NCBI RefSeq assembly: GCF_018977255.1
Contig: NW_024704751.1
Coordinates: forward strand, 14,818,001 to 14,882,000
Origin: Callorhinchus milii
Lineage: Eukaryota
Reading direction: 5' to 3'
DNA length: 64,000 nt
Shown here in pieces: positions 1 through 10,800 of this stretch; within the stretch, counting starts at the first letter, position 1, and the number at the start of each line of letters is the position of its first letter. The translations under genes were made by a program, and so were the position numbers. The notes beneath the pieces are model-generated. The model saw nothing but the letters and a program-made list of their open reading frames with translations, did not search any database and was not told where the DNA came from.

Positions 1-1464
1 TCACGTTTCCTCTTCACCTGATCTTTTCATTGCCGTTCCCCCTATCTTCATTATTTAGGTTCCTGTTCAATTTCCCCTCAAAGTTTTCATTTCCTATTTT
101 GCATATATTTTGGTATTCTATGAAACTAGATTCAAGTTTTTTCTACCATGTCTCTTTTCCGGCTTTCATTTGTTTCTGCACCTGAGTTACGCTCTTTCCC
201 CCCTTTATTCTGAGGCAGAGGATCACCCATGGAGGAAGGGTCAGTGTGATGACCATTGATCCGGGTAACTAGCATCAACTAGGAGTCATAAAGCAGAAGG
301 ACTTGACCATAGAGATCCGATCCTCTACAGTAAATCCAGGGTGACCCAACGCAGCCTAGCCCTCCGTAAACCTTTCCGAAATAACCTTCTCTGAACTGCG
401 GACAAACCTTGTAGCCTTTTATTCTGTTATAAAATAGGCATCATCCCTTGATTATTCAAACAAAGATCAAGAAATATGACAGAAAAGCTGAAAATTCACA
501 GCAGCTCAACCAACATTTGAACCCTTCCTACTCTTAGCTTTCGATGTATTTTCAGTATTTCTAGTTTTAACGTTAGATTTGCAACATTGTTTTTTACTGA
601 AACCTGACCAAGAGTTATTTCTTAAAAAAAAACAGCTTCTTTAATCAAACTTACTACAAATGACTGGTGGAAATCATCTTCTTAGCAACAATGTAGAACT
701 CACCAGAGAAAAACCTGACTTCACTTGGAAATACTGCAGGTAGAAAAACAACAAGCAGCAAAGTACATTTTTCGTCACCGGCACACAGTCCAGTCGCTCC
801 GTCAAGGACTAGAAACTGGCTTTACATCTTGACACTTGGCGATTAAACCCAAGTTTGGTTCATCTCCAGTGCAGCTTATGTTGTAGGATGGCAAAGGTCA
901 TTGCTACCAGCCACATACAGATGTTATCAAGGGGAATAGGCCTCATCAGTACCTCATTATACAGGCCACCATGGTTACCGAAGTACTGAAAAAATAAGGC
1001 CAGTAACAATATTAGTGCTCAATATCATGATCTACTGCTAATACCTTGATATCCTACTCATATTGGATGAAACCCGTTGTTCTTGGTATCTCCAGTTTAA
1101 GCTCCGGTTAAACATGAACTCATATTTAATTAAATCACTTAACTGGAAACACAGGAATAATCTTTATGGTCAGTCCTATGAGGAAGGTGGTCTCCCACTA
1201 AAACTTTTACTCAACTGAAATAAGACACCGTTACTAATTGACAGTTCTGTTGCGGTGATAATATTGTTATCCTATCAATTCACCTTTCTATTCTTTATAG
1301 ACTGCATAATTATTAACTGAAGAACAACATAGTTACCACCAATGCAGGATCTCAAGGAATTTCAATGACCTGCGCAGTAACCCAGAAAAGAGGTCACCCT
1401 TGCAGTGATCGATTATTACTAATTCTATAGGCAAAAGGCAAAATAATGTAGATGCTGGAAATCT

Positions 1465-1633
1465 AATAAAAACAGAAGTGGCTGGGAATACTATAGCAGG
1501 TCAGGCAGCATCCATGGAGTGAGGAAAGTGAGTTAACATTTCAGGTTATCGACCTGAAACGTGAACTCACTTTCCTCTCTCCATAGATGCTGCTTGACCT
1601 GCTGAGTGTTCCCAGCGACTTCCGTTTTTATTA
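1465..1633. repeat. Long palindromic (fold-back) element, about 82-nt arms
   Basis: TAATAAAAACAGAAGTGGCTGGGAA...TTTCAGGT, a TATCG loop, then ACCTGAAA...TTCCCAGCGACTTCCGTTTTTATTA. Confidence 0.9.
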
Positions 1634-3320
1634 CTTATTCTATGCTGTTCTTCACTTCACTACTTGTCCTAAATGGTAATCCTCAAAAGAGACGACCCCA
1701 CTGCACCTCTTGGTTGCACTTCTCAACAAGTGCGACACACTATGTGACCGATTGTCACATGGGGATCTATGAAGCACAGCAATTTCGCTCACAAAATATA
1801 CAGTCAATTCATTTTATAGTATATTCTGTGTAGAGCTTTGAGACGTCTCAATGACGTGATAAGGCACTGTATCAAATACAAGGATTATTATCATCATCGT
1901 CGTCATCATCATCATCACCATCAATCGCACACTCATTCATTTTCAATGAGAGCATGTTTGTTCTTCACCCAAGGAATAAAAACAAACTGTCTAAATTTGC
2001 TTGAAAATAAGTATGGTCAAACCAGGAGAATTATTTTGGCCCAGTAGTGTTTCAAACACTAATTTCACATGGGGACAGGGGAGTGTTAAATATATAGGCT
2101 TCTGGATTCCAGCCACAAGGCATTAATACCAGTGGATCCCCCACTAAAGTGTCTGACCGTGGAGACAAAAGCTTAAATTTGTCTTACACACAAAACAACT
2201 TACACACTGAGGCACAAGCGCCTCCTGTCAGCAGAACATGGAACAGCATTGATGAGTGTAGTCGTAGAGAAGTCCTTGATTCTGTCCGCCCCATCCTCCC
2301 GGCTGAAGGATTACGCCTGGAAAGCAGAAGCCTTGAGGGGCAAGAGGCACATTCCCATGTTGCACTGAGCCAAATAAGCATAATCAGTGCATTAATGAGA
2401 CAATTCAGGTAAACATCCCATAGCATAAATAGGAACTCTATCTAGTAAGCACAGCAGACATACTGTGTCAAGTCTTTTAGAGTTAGCTGTTTACTCAAAA
2501 GTTAGCCCATCTCTTTAGCCCATTCCCCAAATAGTATTTATTTTGGTACGCACTACATTCGTTTCAGACTCATTGAGGAATACTGTATATAATTGTTTTT
2601 ATACACTTTTTATGAAATACAGTGGGATTGTTATTATGGATAGGGACCACCTCTGGTCAGTCATTCGAACTGACAGATAACTTGAGGCTGCACTACATCA
2701 ATTCTAAAGACGCAGCATTCTTGATGGACAAGCACTAAGGGACAATCGGGAACAAAACAATGTGTGCCATCGTTTGAAAGAATTGAACTTAATGGTGGAT
2801 TTGTCCCAGTGAGTGTCTTGAATGAAAGATAACATGCGGTGCGTTGCTTTAAATTTTATGGTATCGATGACGCTTATTACTTCAAGTGGATTATGCATTC
2901 ATTTCCATATGTTTAATTTTACTACCATTAAAAATGTCTAAAAATGTAACTGCATTCTGACTTTGATGGAAGAGGTTTAGTGTGTTTGGTTATCCTGAAA
3001 AGGTTACATATATGCTGGCTGTAATCCGAGAAAAGACTGTGGAGGGTAGCCAAGTTGCTGAGTAAAGTGGGTGGAGGTAGCTGAGTGAGGAGGAAGTGAG
3101 AGATGGAAACTGAACCAGGGGCCAAGAGCAGATCACTGGGTGTGGATAATCAAGATCCATTGGTAAACAAATGCATAATCAGAACTGCAATGTACCGCTA
3201 GTCCACTATTCAAATAGGTCTATAGACTATCCTCCTTGGGTGGGGGTGGGAGGAAATCAGCATTTCCTTGGAGCTGAACTGGTGATGACAGCCCAGCCAG
3301 CCTGACTCATTGGTAGGTCA

Positions 3321-3523
3321 GGGACTCTTCCCACTCAGCTCCCGTTAACCCTGCAAGCCAAAACCCTAATGGGTAGGATGGTCCTCGCTAGACAATCAGA
3401 GGGAAAGCTTGCCAGAAAATGTTCTGTATGGTAAGCTATGCGGTTTTAGCTGGTGAGACTCCAGCAGTTATCCCAACGCACACTCTGGGGTCCCCAAGTC
3501 TGCACCTAATGCTTTCAGGGATT
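3321..3523. repeat. Interspersed repeat; inverted homologue at 24041-24261
   Basis: CCCACTCAGCTCCCGTTAACCCTGCAAGCCAAAACCCTAATGGGTAGGATGG matches the reverse complement of about 24201-24253 with few mismatches. Confidence 0.85.
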
Positions 3524-4617
3524 ATGTAAGCTCCAGGAAGAGTGCGCTTTCCATCCCAACAATCTATCTCTGGAATTTCCATGCATAGGTGGGATGCATG
3601 GAAATCTCAGTTTGGTTTGGATACTGTCAAGCAACAGTGATGGGTTTTCGCGTGTGTCAGACACCCAGCTGACCAAAAAAAGACGACTGCAAAAACTGTC
3701 AAAAGCAAAGGCACTTTTAGTGCACAAACAGCAATTCAGACAGCTGGAACAGTCATCATTTGTGTTGGGTAGGTTAGAAACACACATTGCAGAAAAAAGA
3801 AAAGGTCACTTGGGTTCACAAGCTGACTTGTTTTTTGGGTTGATGTCAACCCAACATTCTCATTGCAATCTTACATCCGTTCTTTCTTCACAAACACATC
3901 CAAGTTATATTGCAAAACTGCTTACACTATTTGCTTCAATGGCCTTCCTAGGCAACTAATTCCATATACCCCTTTGAGCCAAAGTCTTTCCCCCTATTTG
4001 CTCCTTGTTGTTCCATTTTTTAATGATGTCCGCTAGGTTTTGAACTCACTGCCAGAGATCTCAGGCTATCTGGATGAACCTGAACACTTCTGACATAAGC
4101 TTGAAAATTCCTGTTGGGTCGCCATGGATTACAATACAGTGGCTCTGGAACAATTTGGGTAAGATAGTACAAATCTAGTTCCCCCCCACCCCCACCTTCT
4201 GAATTGCTTTACTACTGGAAGGGACATCAAATTGCTTGTGTAGAACACTAGATTTATTTCAAATAATTCAAGGTAAATTTATATAAATTGATACACGTAG
4301 AGAGAGAGAGAGAGACAAATGGGACCAGCACAGGAAGGCCATGTCCAGCTGGTTTTATACTAAAATACACTATAAAATTACATTGTATAATTCCTTTCAT
4401 ATCGGGAGGATATCCCAAGTTACTTAAATCTCAGAATACATCAGCCTTCTGAACTGACAACACAAAAAGGCGAGGATCTTTCATTTTACAAGTGTTTACA
4501 GTATGCAAGCATGCTGATCAAACAAATGGGAGCACGAGAAAAATCAATGATAAAAGAGAAGATTGCGGTTGTGCTCTACGAAATAAGAGAGAAAAGGGGA
4601 TGAATATTTGCGCTTAC

Positions 4618-4651
4618 CTTCCAGAGCATCATCGCCAACTTCATCGTAACA
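4618..4651 (-). CDS. TRNAU1AP: TRNAU1AP exon 8
   Basis: CTGCAG acceptor, [17 protein letters not shown] donor. Confidence 0.9.
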
Positions 4652-7600
4652 CTGCAGAACAGAACAAATAATAAGTCATACTTGCATTTGGTAGAACCCC
4701 TAAAACGCTGAGCTGTATCAAAGTGTTTCACGGGTATTTGCTGTCAACCGTAACGAAATAGTGACTCGAGGTGTACCAGAAAAGTGATGGAGAGCAAGTG
4801 CAACCATAAGCACCACATCATGGGGCTCAATGGTTTCTGCTATAATAATATTGGCAGGGGAAGAGGGGAAACGTGAGGATCGATGGCGGAGACGTGAACT
4901 TGAAGCAGACTTCACACTTAGGGAAAATTACCAGGGAGTTTGGCTAAAGCTTTTTAAAAAAATTTGTAGGGGGAGAATTCACAAGAAACCTATTGACCTT
5001 AGTGAGACCTGTTCTGCCCATCACAGATTAGAGAGAGGTCTCCAGACATTGTGGAACATTACCTGCATGGTACTCTGAGTATAGCCATACTGTTGGTAGC
5101 TGTAGCTATAGCTTCCTGTGTACTGATCATATCCCCATTGAGTATAGTAGTTCTGGTATGGCTGGTAATACTGGTTATAGTTGTAGGTGTAAGCTTGGTT
5201 GTACTCTGGTGGTTTCGCCACTCGATTTCTAAAAGTTCAAAACATCCACCGTTAGGTGTACATCAACATCAGCAATATCTCAAATTACATATCCTGGATC
5301 AGAAACAAACAGACCCATTTAGTTAGGTGTCACTGTGAATTTGCTGATTTTTAGCCAGGTGATTTCTGCCTAGTCTTGTTGTCAACTGTGTTCATAAAGA
5401 ATTATATTGGATTTATTTTGATTTATTGTAACATTTCCATTTTAGAACTTCACAATCCCAGGACCTGTGTGAGATTATATAACCTGATTTAAACCAAAAT
5501 GTAATTAACATTAACACAGTGTTAACAGTGTGACTTAAGACGCAGGATTTCAAAGGTGAGCAGCATTAAAAATATTAAGAATTATTTCTCCACATGACTT
5601 ACGCTTTTGGTATAGCTACACTCAGCCTTATAGCTTTCCCCCCAATTCCAATGGCACTTTGACATTCACCGAGAGCTCGTTTCTGTTCATTTTCATCTGA
5701 GAACTTCACAAACCCGTAGCCTCTGTCAATGGAAGAAACAAACAAATGATATGGTACAAGCAGCACACAGAATGTCGAATGGGTTAGGTAAATATTGAAC
5801 CATTGCTACATACCTGGAGTTTCCTAGATTGTCCAATACTACTTTTCCTCCTCTACACGAAGGGTATTTTTCAACAAAAAATTCATACAGCATCCCATCA
5901 TCAACTTCTGGTGTTAAGTCTCCAACAAACAGCGAATACTCGGGACTGGATAGAAATTGCAGGAGAACAGAGCATTAATACGCAAGAGTAATTTTTATTA
6001 ACAAAAGTGGAAATATTTAGGACAAATTAAAAGTCTTCAAAGTGTTAAAAAATATGAAGCTTCCTTAGCATCTGCCTATTTGTGAATCAAAATAAATTAT
6101 GTGTCACTGTAGAATTAGCACTGAAAATGACAATAACCTGCATTTATGTAGCTACTTACACATAGGGCAACGTATCAAAGAGCTTTAAAGGGATAGAGTC
6201 CAAACCTAGCAAAGTGGGAAAGTTAGGAGGATAGTAGAGTTGACCAGTTGAAAAGTTAAGTTTTTAGAAAGATTTGGAAAGCAGAGAGGGAGGGTGCACG
6301 GTGGAACCAAGTAGTTCACCAATTATTTGAGGTATTGAAAAATCGAAACTGCAATTTTCTTAATAAAATGTCAGAATTACCTGTTGTCTGGCTGCTTTCC
6401 ATATGTAGCATAGTTGAGCTTAAACCTTTTGGGCTGCTGGCAAAAGGGAAGAGAAATAAAAAAAATCAAAAGTTATCTGCAATAACAGACTGTAATTAAC
6501 AGTAATTGACAGTTATTAATTTCAGTGTACAAAGACACAGTGGCACAGAGAAGGTGAGTCAAACAGCCTCCTTTGGTGTTGAAAATTTCAATGTTTCTAA
6601 ACCATCCAAGCATTGAGTCTCTCAGTTTTTTAATCCATGTACCCGAGGATACTAATGCTTGACATCAGCCTAACACGTGAGGGTTCAGCTTAGTTAGTTT
6701 AGTTTCATACCATATCCTTTGCTGCCTATACTCCTGCCTCCCCGAATTCACAAAGCCGCATACCACGGAACCCTGATAAGACTGAGACAATAACGCAGTC
6801 AGCAACGTTTGCATACAAAAGGATTGGCTGTTTAAATGCTGGGTAAACTGTGGAATTGGCAACAATTTGGTTGTAAAATATCAGCATTCTCTCTTCGCTC
6901 AGCAACAAATTACATTTGTATAGCGCCTTTCGCGTCAGGAGGACGTCCCAAGGCGCTGACACAACTCAGTCTGTGGAGACAGCATTGTCCCTACGATAGA
7001 CAGCGATATACGCAACAGTATCGCACAGAGCAAAGGAATTTGACTGATTCATTTACAACAAGGGTTTGGTTTGTCCTTGTTCACTGAAGGACTTACAGGT
7101 GAAGCACCAGGAAGCTTCTTCCCGTTGATCTTCAGCAGACATCGCTCAGCCGCAGCCTGGTCTGTGAACTCCACGAAGCAGTAACCTGCTGGCGTCCTGC
7201 AAGTATTTTTTTTAGAAAACAGATTAATTAATAAATTAATTAAAAATAGTTCATTGCAAACCAACTAACAAGACTAACAAGAACTAGCTCACGTGACAAA
7301 AATGTCCTCGGTGGAAAAAACAGCTTTTAGAGACCCTGACAGATCTCAGGAGTTCCTGTTTTTCTCTCTTGTACGTCAAAGTCAGGAAACAACCCTCGAG
7401 TGTAAAAATCATGGCTTTGTTCCGACCAGTTGGAAAGATGGAAATCTGCACACTACTGTTCCTGTGATTTATTTACATAACCTTATTCAACAATTATCGT
7501 CCATCTACTTGATGTATTTCTTTCCCACAGTTGGCAGACATGTATGGGCTTGAGTTTTTTTTTGCACTTTGCTAATAGGCAGAGGTTACTGATGGCAGCT

Positions 7601-8759
7601 GGGATGTCTCTGCTAATAGGCAAAGATGTGTGAAGGGCCTTTAATGCTTCAGAGGACATTGCTTCTAAGAGTTCCCAAAGACGCTTAACGGGTTACAACT
7701 GAGAGCTTTTAAGATACAGACACCTTATCAGACACTGGTGTTCGAACAGAAGAACTGTTGCATTCAGTACTGGACACAACGCAAAGAGGAAGATTTCAAC
7801 AAAGTGATTTAAGAGAAACCTACACCAATCACAAGTCAGGTTTTAGAGCATATTCTTACCCAGTCACTCGATTCCGAATAATTTTTACACTTATTACAGT
7901 TTCGCCCATTGTCGCAAAGGCTCTGGAGATAAAGTTTTCATCCATATAATTTTCCAGCTGTAAAACAGAAAGCACACAATAAGGCTATCTAGGTTCTAGT
8001 CATCGTCTCATGCAAAAATTAATATTTAAGAAAGCTATTTGAACCGAACCACTAAAAATAGCAGTGTTCCCTTGCGACTGCGTTCCTTTTTGTGACTGCA
8101 CCCATTCTCTTCCAATCTCCAGCCAATTTGGTCACGCAGCTGCTCGCGCCTTTCGCTCACAAAATATACAGTCAATCCACTTTACGGGATGTTCTGTGAA
8201 GTGCTTTGAGACGTCGCAAAGACCCGATAAGGATTATCATTTGTTGGTAAACCCTGCGGGCAGTCCCAGAAACTGCCATGAAGTGAAATGGCAACTCATG
8301 TGGAGAAATCTTGGCCAGAAAACATCCCTAAACCTTTTGAATACTGTCGTGGGATCTTGAACATCCACCCGAAAAGACTTATCATCCCAACTGCTGCACA
8401 GCATCTCCAACCCCGCCCCCGCCCACAGTTATATCAGCTCAGGACGTCTCTAACCAAGAGACGAGAGTGTGGTCGTACAATGGTGGCTGAGGGTGAAGTA
8501 AACACAAGAGTTGTACTTGGTATGGCCACTGATAATCACGTCAAATCATCTCCGAGCACTTCATGTAATGATTTACTTTGAAACGTAGTGACTGTTCGGG
8601 GGGTAACCTGACACCGGATAGGTTTTTCCAGTGGATCCTGAAGGCAGGGAAAGATCTAACCAGGAATGACACGCTCCAACCTCCTGCCCCCCAAGGGGCC
8701 CGGTTTAAAAACTCCACAGAACGATTTTCTTTTCAGGTTAAAAACACTTACCCCGGAAA

Positions 8760-8796
<37 letters not shown>

Positions 8797-9940
8797 AACA
8801 ACATATACGAAAAGGCACCGGGCCCACCCTCACCTCTGCCACCCCCACCCCGAGTAAAATAAATAAGACCGTCATATTTTTTTGCCCAAAACACGCAGTC
8901 ACTACTCGTCACAGTATATCCTGTGAAGCGCTTCGAGACGTCTCAATGACGTGATAAGGAGCGATATCAAATTATACAGTCCCGGGAGCAGCTGTTGCCT
9001 TTTATTCTGACTCCTGTTGTCCATTGCGAGAGGCCTCTCCACCCCATTCCCCCCCCAACAGGAACCCAACACCACACACACGCACCAAGGCTCCAACCCC
9101 CCCCCCCCCCCACACACACACACACACACACACAGAGGATCCTCCCCCCACCCCCACAAACACACACACACACAGGANNNNNNNNNNNNNNNNNNNNNNN
9201 NNNNNNNNNNNNNNNNNNNNNNNNNNNNNNNNNNNNNNNNNNNNNNNNNNNNNNNNNNNNNNNNNNNNNNNNNNNNNNNNNNNNNNNNNNNNNNNNNNNN
9301 NNNNNNNNNNNNNNNNNNNNNNNNNNNNNNNNNNNNNNNNNNNNNNNNNNNNNNNNNNNNNNNNNNNNNNNNNNNNNNNNNNNNNNNNNNNNNNNNNNNN
9401 NNNNNNNNNNNNNNNNNNNNNNNNNNNNNNNNNNNNNNNNNNNNNNNNNNNNNNNNNNNNNNNNNNNNNNNNNNNNNNNNNNNNNNNNNNNNNNNNNNNN
9501 NNNNNNNNNNNNNNNNNNNNNNNNNNNNNNNNNNNNNNNNNNNNNNNNNNNNNNNNNNNNNNNNNNNNNNNNNNNNNNNNNNNNNNNNNNNNNNNNNNNN
9601 NNNNNNNNNNNNNNNNNNNNNNNNNNNNNNNNNNNNNNNNNNNNNNNNNNNNNNNNNNNNNNNNNNNNNNNNNNNNNNNNNNNNNNNNNNNNNNNNNNNN
9701 NNNNNNNNNNNNNNNNNNNNNNNNNNNNNNNNNNACAAACACACACCCCCACAATCCTCTCCCCACCCCCACAAACACCCACCCACACACAATCCTCCCC
9801 AGGCCCGGGCCCCCTCCCCCCCGGGCCCCCCCCCAGGCCCGGGCCCCCTCCCCCCCGGGCCCCCTCCCCCCCGGGCGGCCATGCCCTAGCAACGGCCCCG
9901 GCCTCACACTTACATCCCCCATCCACAGGCTCCGCGACAT
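4618..9940 (-). CDS. TRNAU1AP: tRNA selenocysteine 1-associated protein 1 (SECp43), two RRMs plus Tyr-rich tail; 3'-partial gene, exons 1-8
   Basis: GT-AG exons 9914-9940, 7860-7957, 7097-7196, 6381-6433, 5814-5945, 5603-5722, 5063-5228 and 4618-4651 join in frame: [30 protein letters not shown]...AGYCFVEF...[27 protein letters not shown]...GYGFVKF...[19 protein letters not shown]...[11 protein letters not shown]. The terminal exon (DPMPQLDV...-like) was not found in 1-4617. Confidence 0.95.
5063..5228 (-). CDS. TRNAU1AP: TRNAU1AP exon 7 (Tyr/Gln-rich)
   Basis: [55 protein letters not shown]. Confidence 0.93.
5603..5722 (-). CDS. TRNAU1AP: TRNAU1AP exon 6
   Basis: [39 protein letters not shown]; AG acceptor and GTAAGT donor. 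Confidence 0.93.
5814..5945 (-). CDS. TRNAU1AP: TRNAU1AP exon 5 (RRM2)
   Basis: [43 protein letters not shown]; AG acceptor and GTATGT donor. Confidence 0.93.
6381..6433 (-). CDS. TRNAU1AP: TRNAU1AP exon 4
   Basis: [17 protein letters not shown]; CAGCAG tandem acceptor (alternative end 6436), GTAATT donor. Confidence 0.9.
7097..7196 (-). CDS. TRNAU1AP: TRNAU1AP exon 3 (RRM1 RNP1)
   Basis: [33 protein letters not shown]; AG acceptor and GTAAGT donor. Confidence 0.93.
7860..7957 (-). CDS. TRNAU1AP: TRNAU1AP exon 2
   Basis: TTTACAG acceptor, [39 protein letters not shown] donor. Confidence 0.93.
9178..9734. other. Assembly gap (557 N) flanked by CA/C-rich tandem repeats in TRNAU1AP intron 1
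   Basis: Run of N; both flanks carry (CA)n-ATCCTC-CCCCACCCCCACAAA units. Confidence 0.99.
9914..9940 (-). CDS. TRNAU1AP: TRNAU1AP exon 1 (MSRSLWMGD)
   Basis: ATG at 9940, donor GTAAGT at 9913, inside a GC-rich island. Confidence 0.9.
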
Positions 9941-10184
9941 GTTCCCGGCCTCCCCGCGGGCTGCCCGACACCCGCCTCCGCCTCCTCCTCCCCCCGAAAT
10001 AAAATAATAACCAACGAGAAACGCCTCCGCCCTCCGCCCCTCACACCCTCTCCCTCTGTCTGTCTGTCTGTCCCTCACACCCGCTCCTCTTCCGGTGGGG
10101 CAGTGAGAGCGCAGAGCCACAGCGCCCCCTACAGCCCCGGCGCGCACTCTCACCCCATCCCACCCCGTACTGTACTGGGAACTA

Positions 10185-10800
10185 CAGTGTGTGTACATGT
10201 TGATGGGCTGTGTATATGTGTGTGTGTACACATATATATATATAATATATAGATGTATATGATGGGCTGTGTGTGTATGTGTGTGTGTGTATGTGTCTAT
10301 ATATATATGATGGGCTGTGTATCTATTGTGTGTATGTGTATTGGGTTGTGTGTTGGTGTGTGTGTGTGTATGTTGATGGGCTGTGTATGTGTGTGTATAT
10401 ATACATATATAATGGGCTGTGTGTATTGGGTTGTGTGTTGGTGTATGTTGATGGGCTGTGTATGTGTGTGTATATATATATATGATGGGCTGTGTGTGTG
10501 TTTGTATGTGTGTATTGGGTTGTGTGTGTTGATGGGCTGTGTATGTATGTACACACACACATACATATATGATGGGCTGTGTGTGTTTGTATGTGTGTAT
10601 GTGTATTGGGTTGTGTGTTGGTGTGTGGATATGTTGAGCTGTTATTTCGGTGTGTTACATATACACACGTTGTTGGGCTGTGTGCGTGTGTTGGTTTGTG
10701 TACATGTTGTTGGGCTGGATGGGCGTTGGTGTGTGTTTGCGCGGTTAGCGTGTGCATGTAATTCTATGTGTGTGTTGTGTATATGTGTGCGATTGTGTTA
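10185..10800. repeat. Complex (TG)n/(TA)n satellite with recurring GATGGGCTGTGT unit, upstream of TRNAU1AP
   Basis: Directly visible; explains the low-complexity ORFs in 10253-10933. Confidence 0.92.

Noticed and set aside
1064-1145. GGATGAAACC resembling the SNORD99 5' end (SNHG12 lies next to TRNAU1AP in human)
   Set aside because: No matching guide sequence, box D or terminal stem.
1724-1767. Possible TRNAU1AP terminal exon starting AG|AT CCC (DP...)
   Set aside because: It translates to DPHVTIGHIVCRTC*, with no similarity to the conserved acidic C-terminus.
4700-4900. CCCCATGATGT and AAACCAT motifs reminiscent of U17/SNORA73
   Set aside because: The motifs are in the wrong order and the conserved ATATTCCTA is missing.
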